Positions 31,368 through 41,983 of a stretch of DNA of 64,000 bases are shown here, piece after piece (position 1 is the stretch's first letter; each line of letters starts with the position of its first letter). The notes under the pieces were generated by a model that was not told the DNA's origin, did not search any database, and saw nothing but the letters and a program-made list of their open reading frames with translations. The position numbers and the translations under genes were made by a program. Source of the stretch: an uncultured delta proteobacterium (GTDB lineage: Bacteria; Desulfobacterota; Binatia; UBA9968); NCBI GenBank assembly GCA_963755715.1, contig CAVWLW010000027.1, positions 1 to 64,000 on the forward strand, in the 5' to 3' direction.

Positions 31368-31798
31368 GCCTCGCTTATTTCGACACGAGTGCTTTAGTCA
31401 AAAACTATGTTCAGGAAGCGGGCTCGATGCGGGTTCGCGAACTTCTAAGAGCTTACGAATTCCTTTCTTCCGCAATTGCTCCCATCGAGATCCATTCAGC
31501 CGTACGACGGAGACATTCGCAAGGCGAAATCACCAGACCAATTTACAGAGCCATTCTTTCCCGCGTGAAACAAGATCGTTTTTTTTGGCGGCTCGTGGAG
31601 CCGGTGCCGGAGGTCCTGGCCAAGGCAGAAGAGATAGTCAAAGACCACAACGTCCGAACGCTTGATGCCGTTCATCTTGCCTCGGTGATTGTCATTCGAG
31701 ATTCGATCGGCACACAACTTCCCTTCATCACGGCCGATGACCGACAGCTCGCGGCGGCACGCGATTGCAAGCTCGAAACCATCACAGTGATACACTGA
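31364..31798 (+). CDS. vapC: PIN-domain toxin
   Basis: YFDTSALVKNYVQEAGS; RTLDAVHLAS; FITADDRQ; GTGA overlap with the antitoxin. Confidence 0.92.
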   Translation: MSLAYFDTSALVKNYVQEAGSMRVRELLRAYEFLSSAIAPIEIHSAVRRRHSQGEITRPIYRAILSRVKQDRFFWRLVEPVPEVLAKAEEIVKDHNVRTLDAVHLASVIVIRDSIGTQLPFITADDRQLAAARDCKLETITVIH

Positions 31799-32005
31799 CA
31801 ATCCGACTTTCGCCTTACGTAGCTGACTTAAGCGACTTATTGATTTTGGCGGTCGCACGATTACTAAAACCTTCTAGGGCGATTTGCTCGGCGCGTTTTT
31901 AGTAGAGAGGATTGACCCATGCAATCCATTTAGTGAATATTCGAAACATCCGCGATATCGAATCGAATTGTCGAACGACTCGAGTCAACGAATAAAGAAA
32001 GAACG

Positions 32006-33010
32006 ATGCTTCATCGGTTTATCTTCACGCGCTGTAGCAAGACCTTCCCTATTATCGTCATAACTCTGGCATTGATCGCCTGGCCGGATGCCGGACACGC
32101 CGAACAGATCAGAGTCGGTTACGGCTCGCTGAGCACCAGTTACGCAGCGATATGGGTGGCGGGCGAGGCGCGGCTGTTTCAGAAAAATGGCATCGATGCC
32201 GAAGTTCTTTATCTCGAAAGCGCGCTCGTGCGCACGGCACTGCTGACCGGCGATATTGCGATGGGCGGCATGTCCGGAACGACCATGGCCGCGCCGCGTT
32301 TGCAAGGCGGGGATCCGATTCTGATTGCGAGCTTCCTGAACTCGCTGCAGTATCGCCTGGTGGTGCGTCCGGAGATTCGAACCGTTGCCGATCTCAAGGG
32401 CAAGCGCGTGGGGGTCGCCGGCTTTGGATTAGGCGCGCATCGAGGGGCGCAAATCATGCTCGCCAAGCTCGGACTCAATCCCGATACCGATGTAACGATG
32501 CTGCAAATCGGCGGCGACCCGACGCGCCTGGCGGCGTTGCTCGCCGGCACGATCGATGCCTCGGTCTTCAATCCGCCGCTTTACAAACGCGCGGTGGAAG
32601 GCGGCATGCGAGTGTTGGCGAATATCGAAGACATGAACTTTCCCGTCCAGGCTTCCGCGCTCGTCACCACCGACCGCTTCACTAAAAAGAACTACGACCT
32701 GACGCGGCGCGCGGTGCGCTCGATCATCGAATCGATCCACGTGATCAAGACCAATCCTGAGCTGACTAAGCGAGCGATCCGAAAATACCTGCGCTTCAAA
32801 GACGAGCGCGACACGGACGAGGCCTACCAGATCATGCGCGACATTTTGCCGCGGAAACCCTACCCCACCGTCGAGGGAATCAAGGCTGTCCTCGATGAGC
32901 TCAGTCCCAAACTGCCGGCGGCAAAAACCGCCCAGCCGCGCGATTTCATGGACATCCGTTTCATCGAGGAACTGGATCGCTCGGGATTTATCGACCGGCT
33001 CTACAAGTAA
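32006..33010 (+). CDS. NitT/TauT (NMT1/SsuA-like) ABC substrate-binding protein
   Basis: IRVGYGS, LFQKNGIDAEV, DLKGKRVGV, PYPTVEG, ELDRSGFIDRLYK. Confidence 0.9.
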   Translation: MLHRFIFTRCSKTFPIIVITLALIAWPDAGHAEQIRVGYGSLSTSYAAIWVAGEARLFQKNGIDAEVLYLESALVRTALLTGDIAMGGMSGTTMAAPRLQGGDPILIASFLNSLQYRLVVRPEIRTVADLKGKRVGVAGFGLGAHRGAQIMLAKLGLNPDTDVTMLQIGGDPTRLAALLAGTIDASVFNPPLYKRAVEGGMRVLANIEDMNFPVQASALVTTDRFTKKNYDLTRRAVRSIIESIHVIKTNPELTKRAIRKYLRFKDERDTDEAYQIMRDILPRKPYPTVEGIKAVLDELSPKLPAAKTAQPRDFMDIRFIEELDRSGFIDRLYK

Positions 33011-33030
33011 GCTTCCAGAGAATAAACAAT

Positions 33031-34190
33031 TTAAGCCAAAATCCGCGGTCCAAAAAGTTTGACGGAGTTGTCCCACAAGAATCTTCCGCCTCGCCTCATC
33101 TGAAATCGGCTGGGCGTCGAGATCCGGCAGCGCGCGCTTGGGATCGATCGCATCCGGATGGGGATAATCGGTATTCCAGACGATGTTCTCGCCGTCGAGG
33201 TCGTCCACCACATACTTGAGCGCGCGCTCATCGCTATCGCACGAGATAATGCATTGGCGCATAAAGTATTCGCTCGGGAAGCATCCGCAACTTTTCCGAT
33301 TTGCCCATGACACTATTGCGCCCGTGCGTGTGATCATCCATGCGACCCAGCCAAAACGGCAACCAGCCGGCGTTGGATTCGAGAATCGCCACGCGCAGCT
33401 TCGGAAAGCGCTCAAGAATGCCGGTGAAGATGAAATGTCCGAGCGTGGTCATGTTGTCGCAAGGAAATCCCAGGGCATGGTCCAGGCCGCGAAGCGCAAG
33501 CTCGATGTCGTCTTTTCGTTCTCCTTCAAGCTGGCGAAATGGATGAAACCGGCGCTGGCGGTATTCGCCGTGCGCCGAGATCGGAAAATCCAGCTCACAA
33601 GCGAGATTCCACAGCGCGTCGTACTCGGGCTCGTGCAAGTATTTTCCGACGGGAAGAAATGGATTGCGCACCGAGACCGCGCCCAATTCCGTGACTGCGC
33701 GGCGCGCCTCTTTCACCATCTCGCCGACATCCGAACCCGGCAACACGGCAACAAACTTTAGCCGCTTGGAATCCAAGCTACAGTAGTCGTGGCACCAGTT
33801 GTTATAGGCGCGGCACATGGCGGCGCCTAATTCCAAATCGGTTAGCGCCACCCGGTAGGCAAAGTTGCCGTTGTTCCCGGTCGGCAGCAGGACTTGAATA
33901 TCCCAACCGTATCGATCCATGTCTTTGAGCCGGATCTCGGCGGACCACCATTGACGATAAGCTTCGCCATACTTTTCTTCCAATACCGCCCAGGCGCTCG
34001 CCGGCGGCCGCAACTGGAGATCGCCTTTGGGAATGATCTTGCCATCGGGCTCGTAAACCATGAACACACCGTCCATAAAAGCGACTTTCGGAACCCGATC
34101 TCGGAATTTCGGTTCCACATATCGGTCCCAAAGATATTCGGGTTCATGCATATGCGCGTCAGCGTCGATGACTTTCATTCCCTTCCACAT
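33031..34190 (-). CDS. Amidohydrolase-2 family protein, frameshifts near 33270 and 33080
   Basis: IDADAHMHEP; CRAYNNW; GILERFPKLRVAILESNAGWLP; continues PSEYFMRQ...NTDYPHPD and LWDNSVKLFG in other frames. Confidence 0.88.
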
Positions 34191-34386
34191 GTTGAGCTCC
34201 TTTGTGGTGAATATAAATTGGACAGTAGGTGATACGATGACGGAGTGTCAATAGTTCGGATCGTCCTTCACAAGCGAACAAACCAATTTCTAACGGCGTG
34301 AAATATTGCGTTGAAAGCTAGCCATTAGGAGACATCGGCCGCATTTATCCTCAGCGCAGACCCGGCCTACGGCAAAACCGTTTGAC

Positions 34387-35448
34387 CTACCGATAGAGCC
34401 CGTCGATAAATCCCGAGCGGTCCAACTCCTCTAAAAACCTCACGTCAACAAAATCTTTTGGATCAGCGGTCCTCGCTGCAGGGATCTTCAGGACTCAGCT
34501 CGGCAATGAATGTTCTTGAATCCTTCCAATGGTAGGGTAAGGCTTTCGTTGCGTGAGGCCATCAAGAATCTCATAGGCCTCGTCCAGTTCTTTCTGGTCT
34601 TTCATGCGCATGTATTTGGCGATGGCCCGCTTGGTGACTTCCGGATTCGTTCTAATCAAATGAATCCCTTCGACAAAAGACTTCACCAGACGCCGCATCA
34701 CGTCCGGGTTCTTGGCGATATAACGCTGCGTTGTCACCAGCGCTGAATTCTGAAAAGGAATCCCCATCTCCGCCATATTCGCCATCACTCTCATGCCCGC
34801 TTCAACGGCTCTTTTGTGAACCGGCGGATTTAAAACCGTAGCGTCGATCGAGCCGTTGACCAGCGCTGCAAGCCGAGTCGCCTCGCCTCCGGTCTGCAAA
34901 AGGGTCACATCTTTGTCAGGGTTCAATCCGAGCTTCGCTAGGACAAGACGGGCCGCCCTCTCGGCCAACAGACCAAAGCCGGCGACTCCTACGCGCTTTC
35001 CCTTTAGATCGGCCACGGATTTGATTTCCGGACGAACCACGAAACGAAACGGCAAGAAGTTTTGAAACCCCAAGACCACCACTAAGTCGACTCCTTGCAA
35101 CCGAGGTGTCGCCATCGCAGCGCCCGACATCGCGCCGATTGGAACATCGCCGGCTATCAAAGCGGTCCGCACAAGATTGCTTTCGAGATACAGGACATCG
35201 ACATCCAGACCGTTCTTATCGAAGAGCTTTCCTTCTTTGGTAATCCAAATAAGCGCATAGCCCAATGAGAAGGCGCCGTATCCTATTTTCAGATTGTCGG
35301 CACTGCTCGATCGGGGTGATATCGCTAAGGCGAGCAAAACTACCAACGCGATGTTTCTCGATTTCGTAAACTCTTGACTGCGGCAGAAAGACTGAAGTAT
35401 CGTTTTGATCTGCACAGTAATCCTTTTCTCGGTTTTCCCAAGTTCCAT
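34387..35448 (-). CDS. NitT/TauT ABC substrate-binding protein (close paralog of 32006), frameshift(s) near 34510-34530
   Basis: ORF 34495..35448 plus tail KIPAARTADPKDFVDVRFLEELDRSGFIDGLYR* ending at 34387. Confidence 0.88.
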
Positions 35449-35474
35449 AAACCATCTAGCCGGCTTCCGACAAT

Positions 35475-36487
35475 CTACAAAGACTTGCGCTGCGACGCCT
35501 TACCTCTTAACACTGGCAAGACTTCTTTTCCCAAAAGATCGATCTGCTCCAGCCAATCGGCGTAACGAAAACGCAGATCGTAAACGATGTGATCGGCCCC
35601 CGCTTCTTCGTAGGCGCGTGTGTCGCATGCTATATCGGCCGGTGTTCCCGCCAAAATGAAACCACGGATATCGTCCAGGTTTGCAAACATTCCGCTTGGC
35701 GGTTTGACCCATGTCGAAAATTTGTTGGCCTCGGCGATCAAAGACTCGGTCTTTACTTCGCTCAAGGCCGTTTCACGATCCTTGCTGACACTGGTAAACG
35801 GCATCACCGCCGTGCTGATCATCGGTTTGCCGGTTTTCTGGCAAAGCCCGCGAGTATAGTCGATCAGCTTCGTGAAAGTCGCCAGCGTAATGCGCGCGGG
35901 CATCCAGCCGTCGCAGTACTCGACGGCGCGGCGGCACGCAGCCGGCGTGCCGCCGCCGTACCAGATTGGAATCGGCTTGACCGGTGTCGGCTTGAGCGGC
36001 ACGTCGGTGAAATCGAAATAGTCGTTCTTGAAAGAAACTCGTTCGCCAGTCCATAACTTCCGGCAGATCTGTACGTTGCTCCGGACCAATTCGGCGCGCT
36101 CTTCGAGACCGGTCGGATAGCCGGCCGCGGCAAACTCATGAGGAAATCCGCCCAAACCCATTCCCATGATGACACGACCTCGCGAAATCACGCTCAAGCC
36201 GGCAAAGAGCTGCGCGAGATGGATCGGATGGCGATGGCAAATCGCCATTGAAGTACCGAGCGATATATTTTCGTCACAGCCGCGATCGCTGAGAGCACCA
36301 ACAAGCCCTCGATATGCGTATTGTCGCTTCCTTCGATACCGTGAGGCTCGAAAACCAGATGATCCCTCACCCAAACAGAATCGAAGCCGTAGGCTTCGGC
36401 GCGCTTCGCGCCTTCAAGGCACTTTTTCACCGAGGCGTGCTCGCAAAAATGCGGCAGCAATAAGCCAAATTTCAGATTCGTCGCCAT
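35475..36487 (-). CDS. Luciferase-like (LLM class) flavin-dependent oxidoreductase, frameshift near 36270
   Basis: FGLLLPHF...AEAYGFDSVWVRDH; SLGTS...HPIHLAQ...SRGRVIMGMGLG; PIWYGG...DGWMP. Confidence 0.88.
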
Positions 36488-36651
36488 GAAAACTATTTTC
36501 TAGACAGATCCTTTTGTCGCACAATCGAGAACGACAGGCCAGCGCATAGCCGGCGGCAGCGAACCGCATCACGACAATTCTTCCTGACAATAATTTTCCT
36601 GCGCAGATTGCTGAAACGTGCATGGCGGCACGTTACACTTGAAATTTGGCT

Positions 36652-37341
36652 ATGACGGTTTGTCGAAATAATGAGGGTAAAAATCAAAAGCGGCGCATCT
36701 GGATCGGCGTGATCGTCCTGTTCCTGCTTTTCGCCGCGGCGTCGGCCTGGAAGTGGACGCCCCTGGCGGATTTGATCGATATCAATCGACTTTCCGGTTG
36801 GGCCGCGTCGCTGCGCCAGAGCCCGGCGCGCCATTTTTATCTGCTCGGCGCCTACGTCATCGGCAGTATTTTACTGGTTCCGATCACGGCCATGATACTC
36901 GTCACCGCGATCATCTTCGGTCCCGTCATGGGCTCGCTTTATTCGATCGTTGGAAGCCTCGTCGGTGCGGCGGTGACCTATGCCATCGGCCGCTTTCTCG
37001 GCCAGGATTTTGTCCGCAAGATCGCTGGGGCGAAATGGCGGCGCTTGGAGCAAAAGATCCGGCAAACGGGGATCGTGGCGGTGACGACTCTGCGCTTGTT
37101 ACCGATCGCTCCTTTTACCGTCGTCAATATTATTTCCGGTGCCTTCAAAGTGCCGTTGCGCGACTACATCTTGGGATCGTTGCTTGGACTCTTGCCAGGC
37201 ATTCTCATTACGAACCTCTTCGCCCATCAGTTTACCAGCGCGATCCGCGACCCTGGGATTGGCGCATTTCTCGTTTTGGCGGCTTTGATCATAATCACGA
37301 TCGTCGGCACCGTTTGGTTAAAACGCCGCTTCGAATCCTAG
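36652..37341 (+). CDS. TVP38/TMEM64 (DedA/VTT) membrane protein
   Basis: FGPVMGSLYS...YAIGRFLG; LRLLPIAPFTVVN; GLLPG. Confidence 0.88.
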   Translation: MTVCRNNEGKNQKRRIWIGVIVLFLLFAAASAWKWTPLADLIDINRLSGWAASLRQSPARHFYLLGAYVIGSILLVPITAMILVTAIIFGPVMGSLYSIVGSLVGAAVTYAIGRFLGQDFVRKIAGAKWRRLEQKIRQTGIVAVTTLRLLPIAPFTVVNIISGAFKVPLRDYILGSLLGLLPGILITNLFAHQFTSAIRDPGIGAFLVLAALIIITIVGTVWLKRRFES

Positions 37342-37353
37342 CGCAGGCTACAA

Positions 37354-38644
37354 ATGAATCGCCGAGCGTCTGAACCAGGATTTCGAACCAGGAAACGCGG
37401 CATGCTTTGCTTGATCTTGGCGCTGCTCATCGGTTGCGCCAAAGTGCGCGCGATTACCGAGGTGCCGGAGATCCAGCTTGGCGACCCTTCTTTTTTTCCG
37501 ACGATCGAAGCCTACGCCGACGCGCCGATCATCGGCGCCAACAAAATCGAAATACTTCAGAATGGCGACGAGCTCTTCCCAGCGATGCTGCGGGATATAA
37601 AAAGCGCCAAATCGACGATCACCTTCGCGCAATATTTATTCAAAGGCGGCACTCTGGCTCGCGAGCTCGCCCAGAGTTTCGCCGATCGCTGCCGCGCCGG
37701 CGTCAAAGTTTATATCTTGTTGGACGATCACGGCAGCAGCGAAGCCCCCGACGAGATCTTGGAGATCATGCGCCAGGCCGGCTGTCATCTCGACTATTTT
37801 CGCCGGGTGAGAGCGCCCCAAGTCATCCTGCCGTGGAAACTCCTGCAATATAACTATCGGAATCACCGGCGCATCCTCGTCATCGACGGACGCATCGGTT
37901 TCACCGGCGGTTACGGCATCAGCGACGACTGGCTGGGCGACGGCCGCACGCCGAATCACTGGCGCGACACCAACGTGCGCGTTGAAGGGCCGGCGGTAAA
38001 ATACCTGCAAGCTGCTTTCACCGATAGCTGGCTTGAGACCACAGGAAATATTCTCGGCGGCGGCGAATTTTTTCCCCGTCTCGAAGGCGCGCGGCCACGT
38101 GTCGCTTCAGTTCGTCAAAAGCTCGCCGGTCGGCGGCAGCTTTCAGAATTACTTGCTCTATTTGCTGTCGATCACCTCGGCGAAAAAATCGATCCTGATC
38201 ACCAATCCTTATTTCATTCCCGACGATCGAATGACCGAAGCTCTGCTGGACGCGGCGGCGCGCAAAGTTCGCGTCACCGTGCTCGTCCCCGGCAAGATCG
38301 ATTTCAAGATCACCTACCGCGCCAGCCGCAGACACTATGGTCGGATGTTGCTCGGCGGAATCCAAATTTACGAATATTCGCCGGCGCTCTTGCACTCCAA
38401 GACGATGGTGGTGGACGGCGTGTGGGCGACAATCGGCAGCACTAACTTCGATAATCGCTCCTTCGCTTTGAACGAAGAGTTGAATCTGACTCTCTATGAT
38501 CGGCCGCTGGCCCAAAGTCTCGAGGCGACCTTCGCCGAAGACTTGCGGCACTCGCGCCAAATTACCTATGAGGAATGGGATGCGCGCGGGCTGAAAGAAA
38601 AGTTTTTCGAGCTGTTCGCCTTCCCCGTCGAAGAGCAGCTATGA
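37354..38644 (+). CDS. cls: Cardiolipin synthase-like phospholipase D, frameshift near 38085
   Basis: LQNGDELFPAML; RNHRRILVIDGRIGFTGG; WRDTN; NPYFIP; LHSKTMVVD...GSTNFDNRS. Confidence 0.85.
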
Positions 38645-39379
38645 GCTCGGCCGGGATCCTCGATTATCGCGATCGGCGTATCGTTTGGTGAAGCGGGAAA
38701 TCATCCACGGCACGACGAGCAGAGCAAATCCGAGCAGGGCCAAACTGATTAGCCCCGGCCGGCGCAGCGCGTTTTCGATCTGCACCGCAAACAAAGTCAA
38801 AACCAAGATCCCGGGCACCCGCCCGACCACACTGGCCAAGATAAAATCCAAGAAACGAATGCCGGAAGCGCCGATGAACAGATTGACCAGCGTAAACGGC
38901 CCGACCGGAACGACGCGCATGGCGAGCACGGCTAAAAATCCATGCTGCTCGATACGATCGACCAAAGGCGCGAGCCGGCGCCCGGCGAGTTTGTGCAGCA
39001 AATCTTTGCCGATCAACCGGCCGATGCCATAGCCTTCGGCAGAGCTTAGCAGCCAGCCGCTCAACGCGTAGATATTTCCCCAGAGCGGTCCGAAAGCGAA
39101 TACCGTTGCCAGATTCAAAATCGTGATCGGGAAAAAGCATAGGCTGCCAATCAGATACGCCGCCGCGACGTAAAGCGGCGCGGCCGGGTCGTTCTTCACG
39201 GATTCTTGCCAGGCAAGGATGGTTTCCAGGTTGAACGAATCGTAGAGCGGCGTCCAGCGCCACAACAACGGCAACCCCAGCAATATCAGCGACAGAAAAA
39301 TCGCTTTGCGCCGGCTAATTCCGCCGGTCTGCTTCGCTTCGGCGACCGCCGGATTCGGACGATTTGGCTTGCCCAGCAC
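38639..39379 (-). CDS. TVP38/TMEM64 (DedA/VTT) membrane protein
   Basis: AFGPLWG...YGIGRLIG; MRVVPVGPFTLVN; GRVPG; convergent with cls. Confidence 0.88.
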   Translation of the reverse strand: MLGKPNRPNPAVAEAKQTGGISRRKAIFLSLILLGLPLLWRWTPLYDSFNLETILAWQESVKNDPAAPLYVAAAYLIGSLCFFPITILNLATVFAFGPLWGNIYALSGWLLSSAEGYGIGRLIGKDLLHKLAGRRLAPLVDRIEQHGFLAVLAMRVVPVGPFTLVNLFIGASGIRFLDFILASVVGRVPGILVLTLFAVQIENALRRPGLISLALLGFALLVVPWMISRFTKRYADRDNRGSRPSS

Positions 39380-39582
39380 CTTTAAAAGGTAAACGTCGAC
39401 AAGGCCTTTATCAATATTCGGTTCAAATCTATGCCGCCAGCGATGCCTGTCGTAGACCCACGTCTAAAAGGACCGTGGCCGCCGCCAAACCATTGATTTG
39501 CAACGCCAAGAAATTTCATTTACCATAAATATGTTTTCATACCGCTCTTTATTTCCAGATTTATTTTTGGAGGAACGCTTTA

Positions 39583-40401
39583 ATGGCCACGATGATCACG
39601 AACGATTGCATCAACTGCGGCGCGTGCGAGCCGGAGTGCCCGAACAACGCGATCTCGCAGGGCGATCCCGTCTATGTGATCGATCCCAAGTTATGCACCG
39701 AGTGTGTCGGATTTCATGACTACGAGGCCTGCGCCGCGGTTTGTCCGGTGGATGTTTGCGTGACCGATCCGAATAATATCGAAAGTGAAGAAGTGCTGAT
39801 GGCGCGAGCCCGGGCGATCCATCCGGAAGTCAGTTTCCCGGAAAATTTCGAATCACGATTTCGTAAAGGGGAAGGAAAAGCTGCTGCCGCTCCCGCAACG
39901 GGCGCAAAGCCAGCAGCGGCGACGGCTGTCGGCGGTGTTGCGCCAAGCGCTGCCGCCGTCAATGCTCCAGCGAGCGCCTTTGCCGAGGCCGACGTCAATT
40001 ATATTCAACTCCCGGAAATCGACTCATGGAGCATTCCCCTGCGTTGTTTCAAATGCAACGCCGTGCAGATCGAGAACGTAAAGAATTTCGTCATCGGCAA
40101 CGTCATCTTCTGTCAGAATTGCAATAAGTCGATGGTGGTGCGCGACAATTTGAATTATCACATCCGCACCTTGATCAAAGAGTCCTACGAAAAATGGGCC
40201 AAAGATCAAACCGACTTCGCCGACCGGCGTGAGCGCGAGCGAGCGGAGTTCCTCGAACGGCGGGCCAAAGAAGCCCAAGCCTTTGAAGCCCATCAGCAAC
40301 GGGAACTGGAAAAAATTCGCGGGCAACTCGACGCCATCGGCCACGACTATGACGCCGCCGGCAAACCGTTTAAGAAGGGATCGCGCTTCGCCTGGGGTTG
40401 A
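39583..40401 (+). CDS. YfhL-like 2[4Fe-4S] ferredoxin with Ala-rich linker, CxxC...CxxC zinc ribbon and coiled-coil extension
   Basis: CINCGACEPECP / CTECVGFHDYEACAAVCP; then CFKC-x18-CQNC and a charged helical tail. Confidence 0.85.
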   Translation: MATMITNDCINCGACEPECPNNAISQGDPVYVIDPKLCTECVGFHDYEACAAVCPVDVCVTDPNNIESEEVLMARARAIHPEVSFPENFESRFRKGEGKAAAAPATGAKPAAATAVGGVAPSAAAVNAPASAFAEADVNYIQLPEIDSWSIPLRCFKCNAVQIENVKNFVIGNVIFCQNCNKSMVVRDNLNYHIRTLIKESYEKWAKDQTDFADRRERERAEFLERRAKEAQAFEAHQQRELEKIRGQLDAIGHDYDAAGKPFKKGSRFAWG

Positions 40402-40411
40402 TCCTGCCCCA

Positions 40412-40885
40412 ATGCTCTATTCTTGGCTTCATTTGATCGCCCTCATCGTTTATCTCGGCGCTGTGATCGGCTTTTGGCTCATGTTGCTGCCCTCTGTCGC
40501 GATCCTCGATAAACACGAAGACAAAGTTCAATTCCTCGCGCGCGGGCTTAAATTCTACAATCCGCTGCAAGTGGGCGCCTTGGGCATTATTCTCTTCACC
40601 GGCGCTTTTCAATTGACCGAGCTCAAGGCTGCTTATCGCGAGACGTTCGTCAAACAACTGGCCTTTAAGCTCGGCGTGAAGCTCTTTTTTGCATTCCTAC
40701 TGGTCCTATTTAGCGTGTATCAAGCGTTAGGGATCGGCCATCGGTTCGTCCGGCGCCACGAAGGCGGCGACACCGTGACGGCTCCGGAGCTGGATTCCAT
40801 AGTGCGCCGGCTCAAAAGCGCCAACTGGTGCATCCTACTGCTTACTGCGATCACGCTCTGGCTGGGCCTGCGCTTGCGTTATTAA
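40412..40885 (+). CDS. Four-TM membrane protein (CopD/DUF4149-like)
   Basis: MLYSWLHLIALIVYLG...; four hydrophobic segments; KLGVKL motif. Confidence 0.7.
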   Translation: MLYSWLHLIALIVYLGAVIGFWLMLLPSVAILDKHEDKVQFLARGLKFYNPLQVGALGIILFTGAFQLTELKAAYRETFVKQLAFKLGVKLFFAFLLVLFSVYQALGIGHRFVRRHEGGDTVTAPELDSIVRRLKSANWCILLLTAITLWLGLRLRY

Positions 40886-40967
40886 GCCTCATCGCTCTAG
40901 CGAACAGCCGCCCAAGACTGCTATGCAGTGTCAGGGCCGTAATACATAAAAAAGAGAGGACACGTTG

Positions 40968-41903
40968 ATGGCCAATCGCAAACTGAAAATCATTTACCGC
41001 TCCAATTCCCACGCGCCGCTCTGGCTGGTGGCCGACAAGTCGGGCTCTTGGCAGAAAAACGGTCTCGATGTCGATACCTCGCCGCAGTTGATCCGCGAAA
41101 AAGCGGTGGAGTCCCTCAAGAACGGCCACGTCGATCTGATCTCAGGAAACCACCACAATCTTTACGTGAGAAACGCCAAGAACGGCGAAGATTTCGTCCA
41201 TCTCGCCCAGGCGGCGAACAATTGGACCGAAAATAAACTGGTGGTGCGCCCAGGCATCGGCTCGGTGCAAGAACTGAGGGGCAAGAAAATCGTCGCCGAC
41301 AAGCTCATGTCCCACGCCGGGCTCAATATTTGGCTTTTCCTGAAGCAAGAGGGCTTGGACGTGGACCGGGGCGATGTCGAATTGATCGAAATGCTCGGCT
41401 CCTCAGAAGAGCGTTGGAAACGGGTCGTCGACGGCGAATTCGCCGGGACTTTCGTCACCATCCCCCATGATACCCGCGCTGCAAAGGCCGGCGCTCACGT
41501 CATCCCGGTGCGCGCGATGCCGATGGTCCGAGGAGTGACCCTGACGACGACGATGAATTTCGTCAAAACTCATCCCGATGAGATTCGCCAGCTCACCAAA
41601 GGATTCGTCGACGCGATCCATTTTTTCCGCACCCGCAAGCGGGAGACTCTGGAGATCCTGAAGGAGCACGCTGCGCCGATTCTGAAACTCCAAACCGATG
41701 AGGAAGTGGAAACGCTCTACGAAGAATGGGCCCAATCTCTGGAAACCAAGCCTTACCCGTCCCTGCAAGCAATCTCGAATGTCTTCCAGCTCGCCCTGCG
41801 GCGCAACCCCGAGATCGGCAGCTACAACCCGCTCAGCTTGTGGGATACCCACTTTGTCCGAGAATTAGACGATAGCGGCTACATCGATCGCTTGTACCAA
41901 TAA
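40968..41903 (+). CDS. NitT/TauT-type SBP-fold protein without an evident signal peptide
   Basis: MANRKLKIIYRSNSHAPLW; ELRGKKI; KPYPSLQAI; ELDDSGYIDRLYQ. Confidence 0.82.
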   Translation: MANRKLKIIYRSNSHAPLWLVADKSGSWQKNGLDVDTSPQLIREKAVESLKNGHVDLISGNHHNLYVRNAKNGEDFVHLAQAANNWTENKLVVRPGIGSVQELRGKKIVADKLMSHAGLNIWLFLKQEGLDVDRGDVELIEMLGSSEERWKRVVDGEFAGTFVTIPHDTRAAKAGAHVIPVRAMPMVRGVTLTTTMNFVKTHPDEIRQLTKGFVDAIHFFRTRKRETLEILKEHAAPILKLQTDEEVETLYEEWAQSLETKPYPSLQAISNVFQLALRRNPEIGSYNPLSLWDTHFVRELDDSGYIDRLYQ

Positions 41904-41917
41904 AAACTTGTACCAAC

Positions 41918-41954
41918 AAAAAAAGGCGGAGCTCTTAAAGCTCCGCCTTTTTTT
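41918..41954. terminator. Bidirectional intrinsic terminator
   Basis: A7-GGCGGAGCT-CTTAA-AGCTCCGCC-T7 between convergent genes. Confidence 0.9.
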
Positions 41955-41983
41955 ACGCTGCCTCTTCGGTCCGTAATGACCGT

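Noticed and set aside
31083-31798. vapBC as a novel system
   Set aside because: It is an ordinary Phd-PIN type II toxin-antitoxin pair with the expected promoter and operator.
41891-41916. Direct repeat CTTGTACCAA twice at a gene end as an integration site
   Set aside because: It is only 10 bp with a 6-bp gap and has no associated element. A local micro-duplication is more likely.
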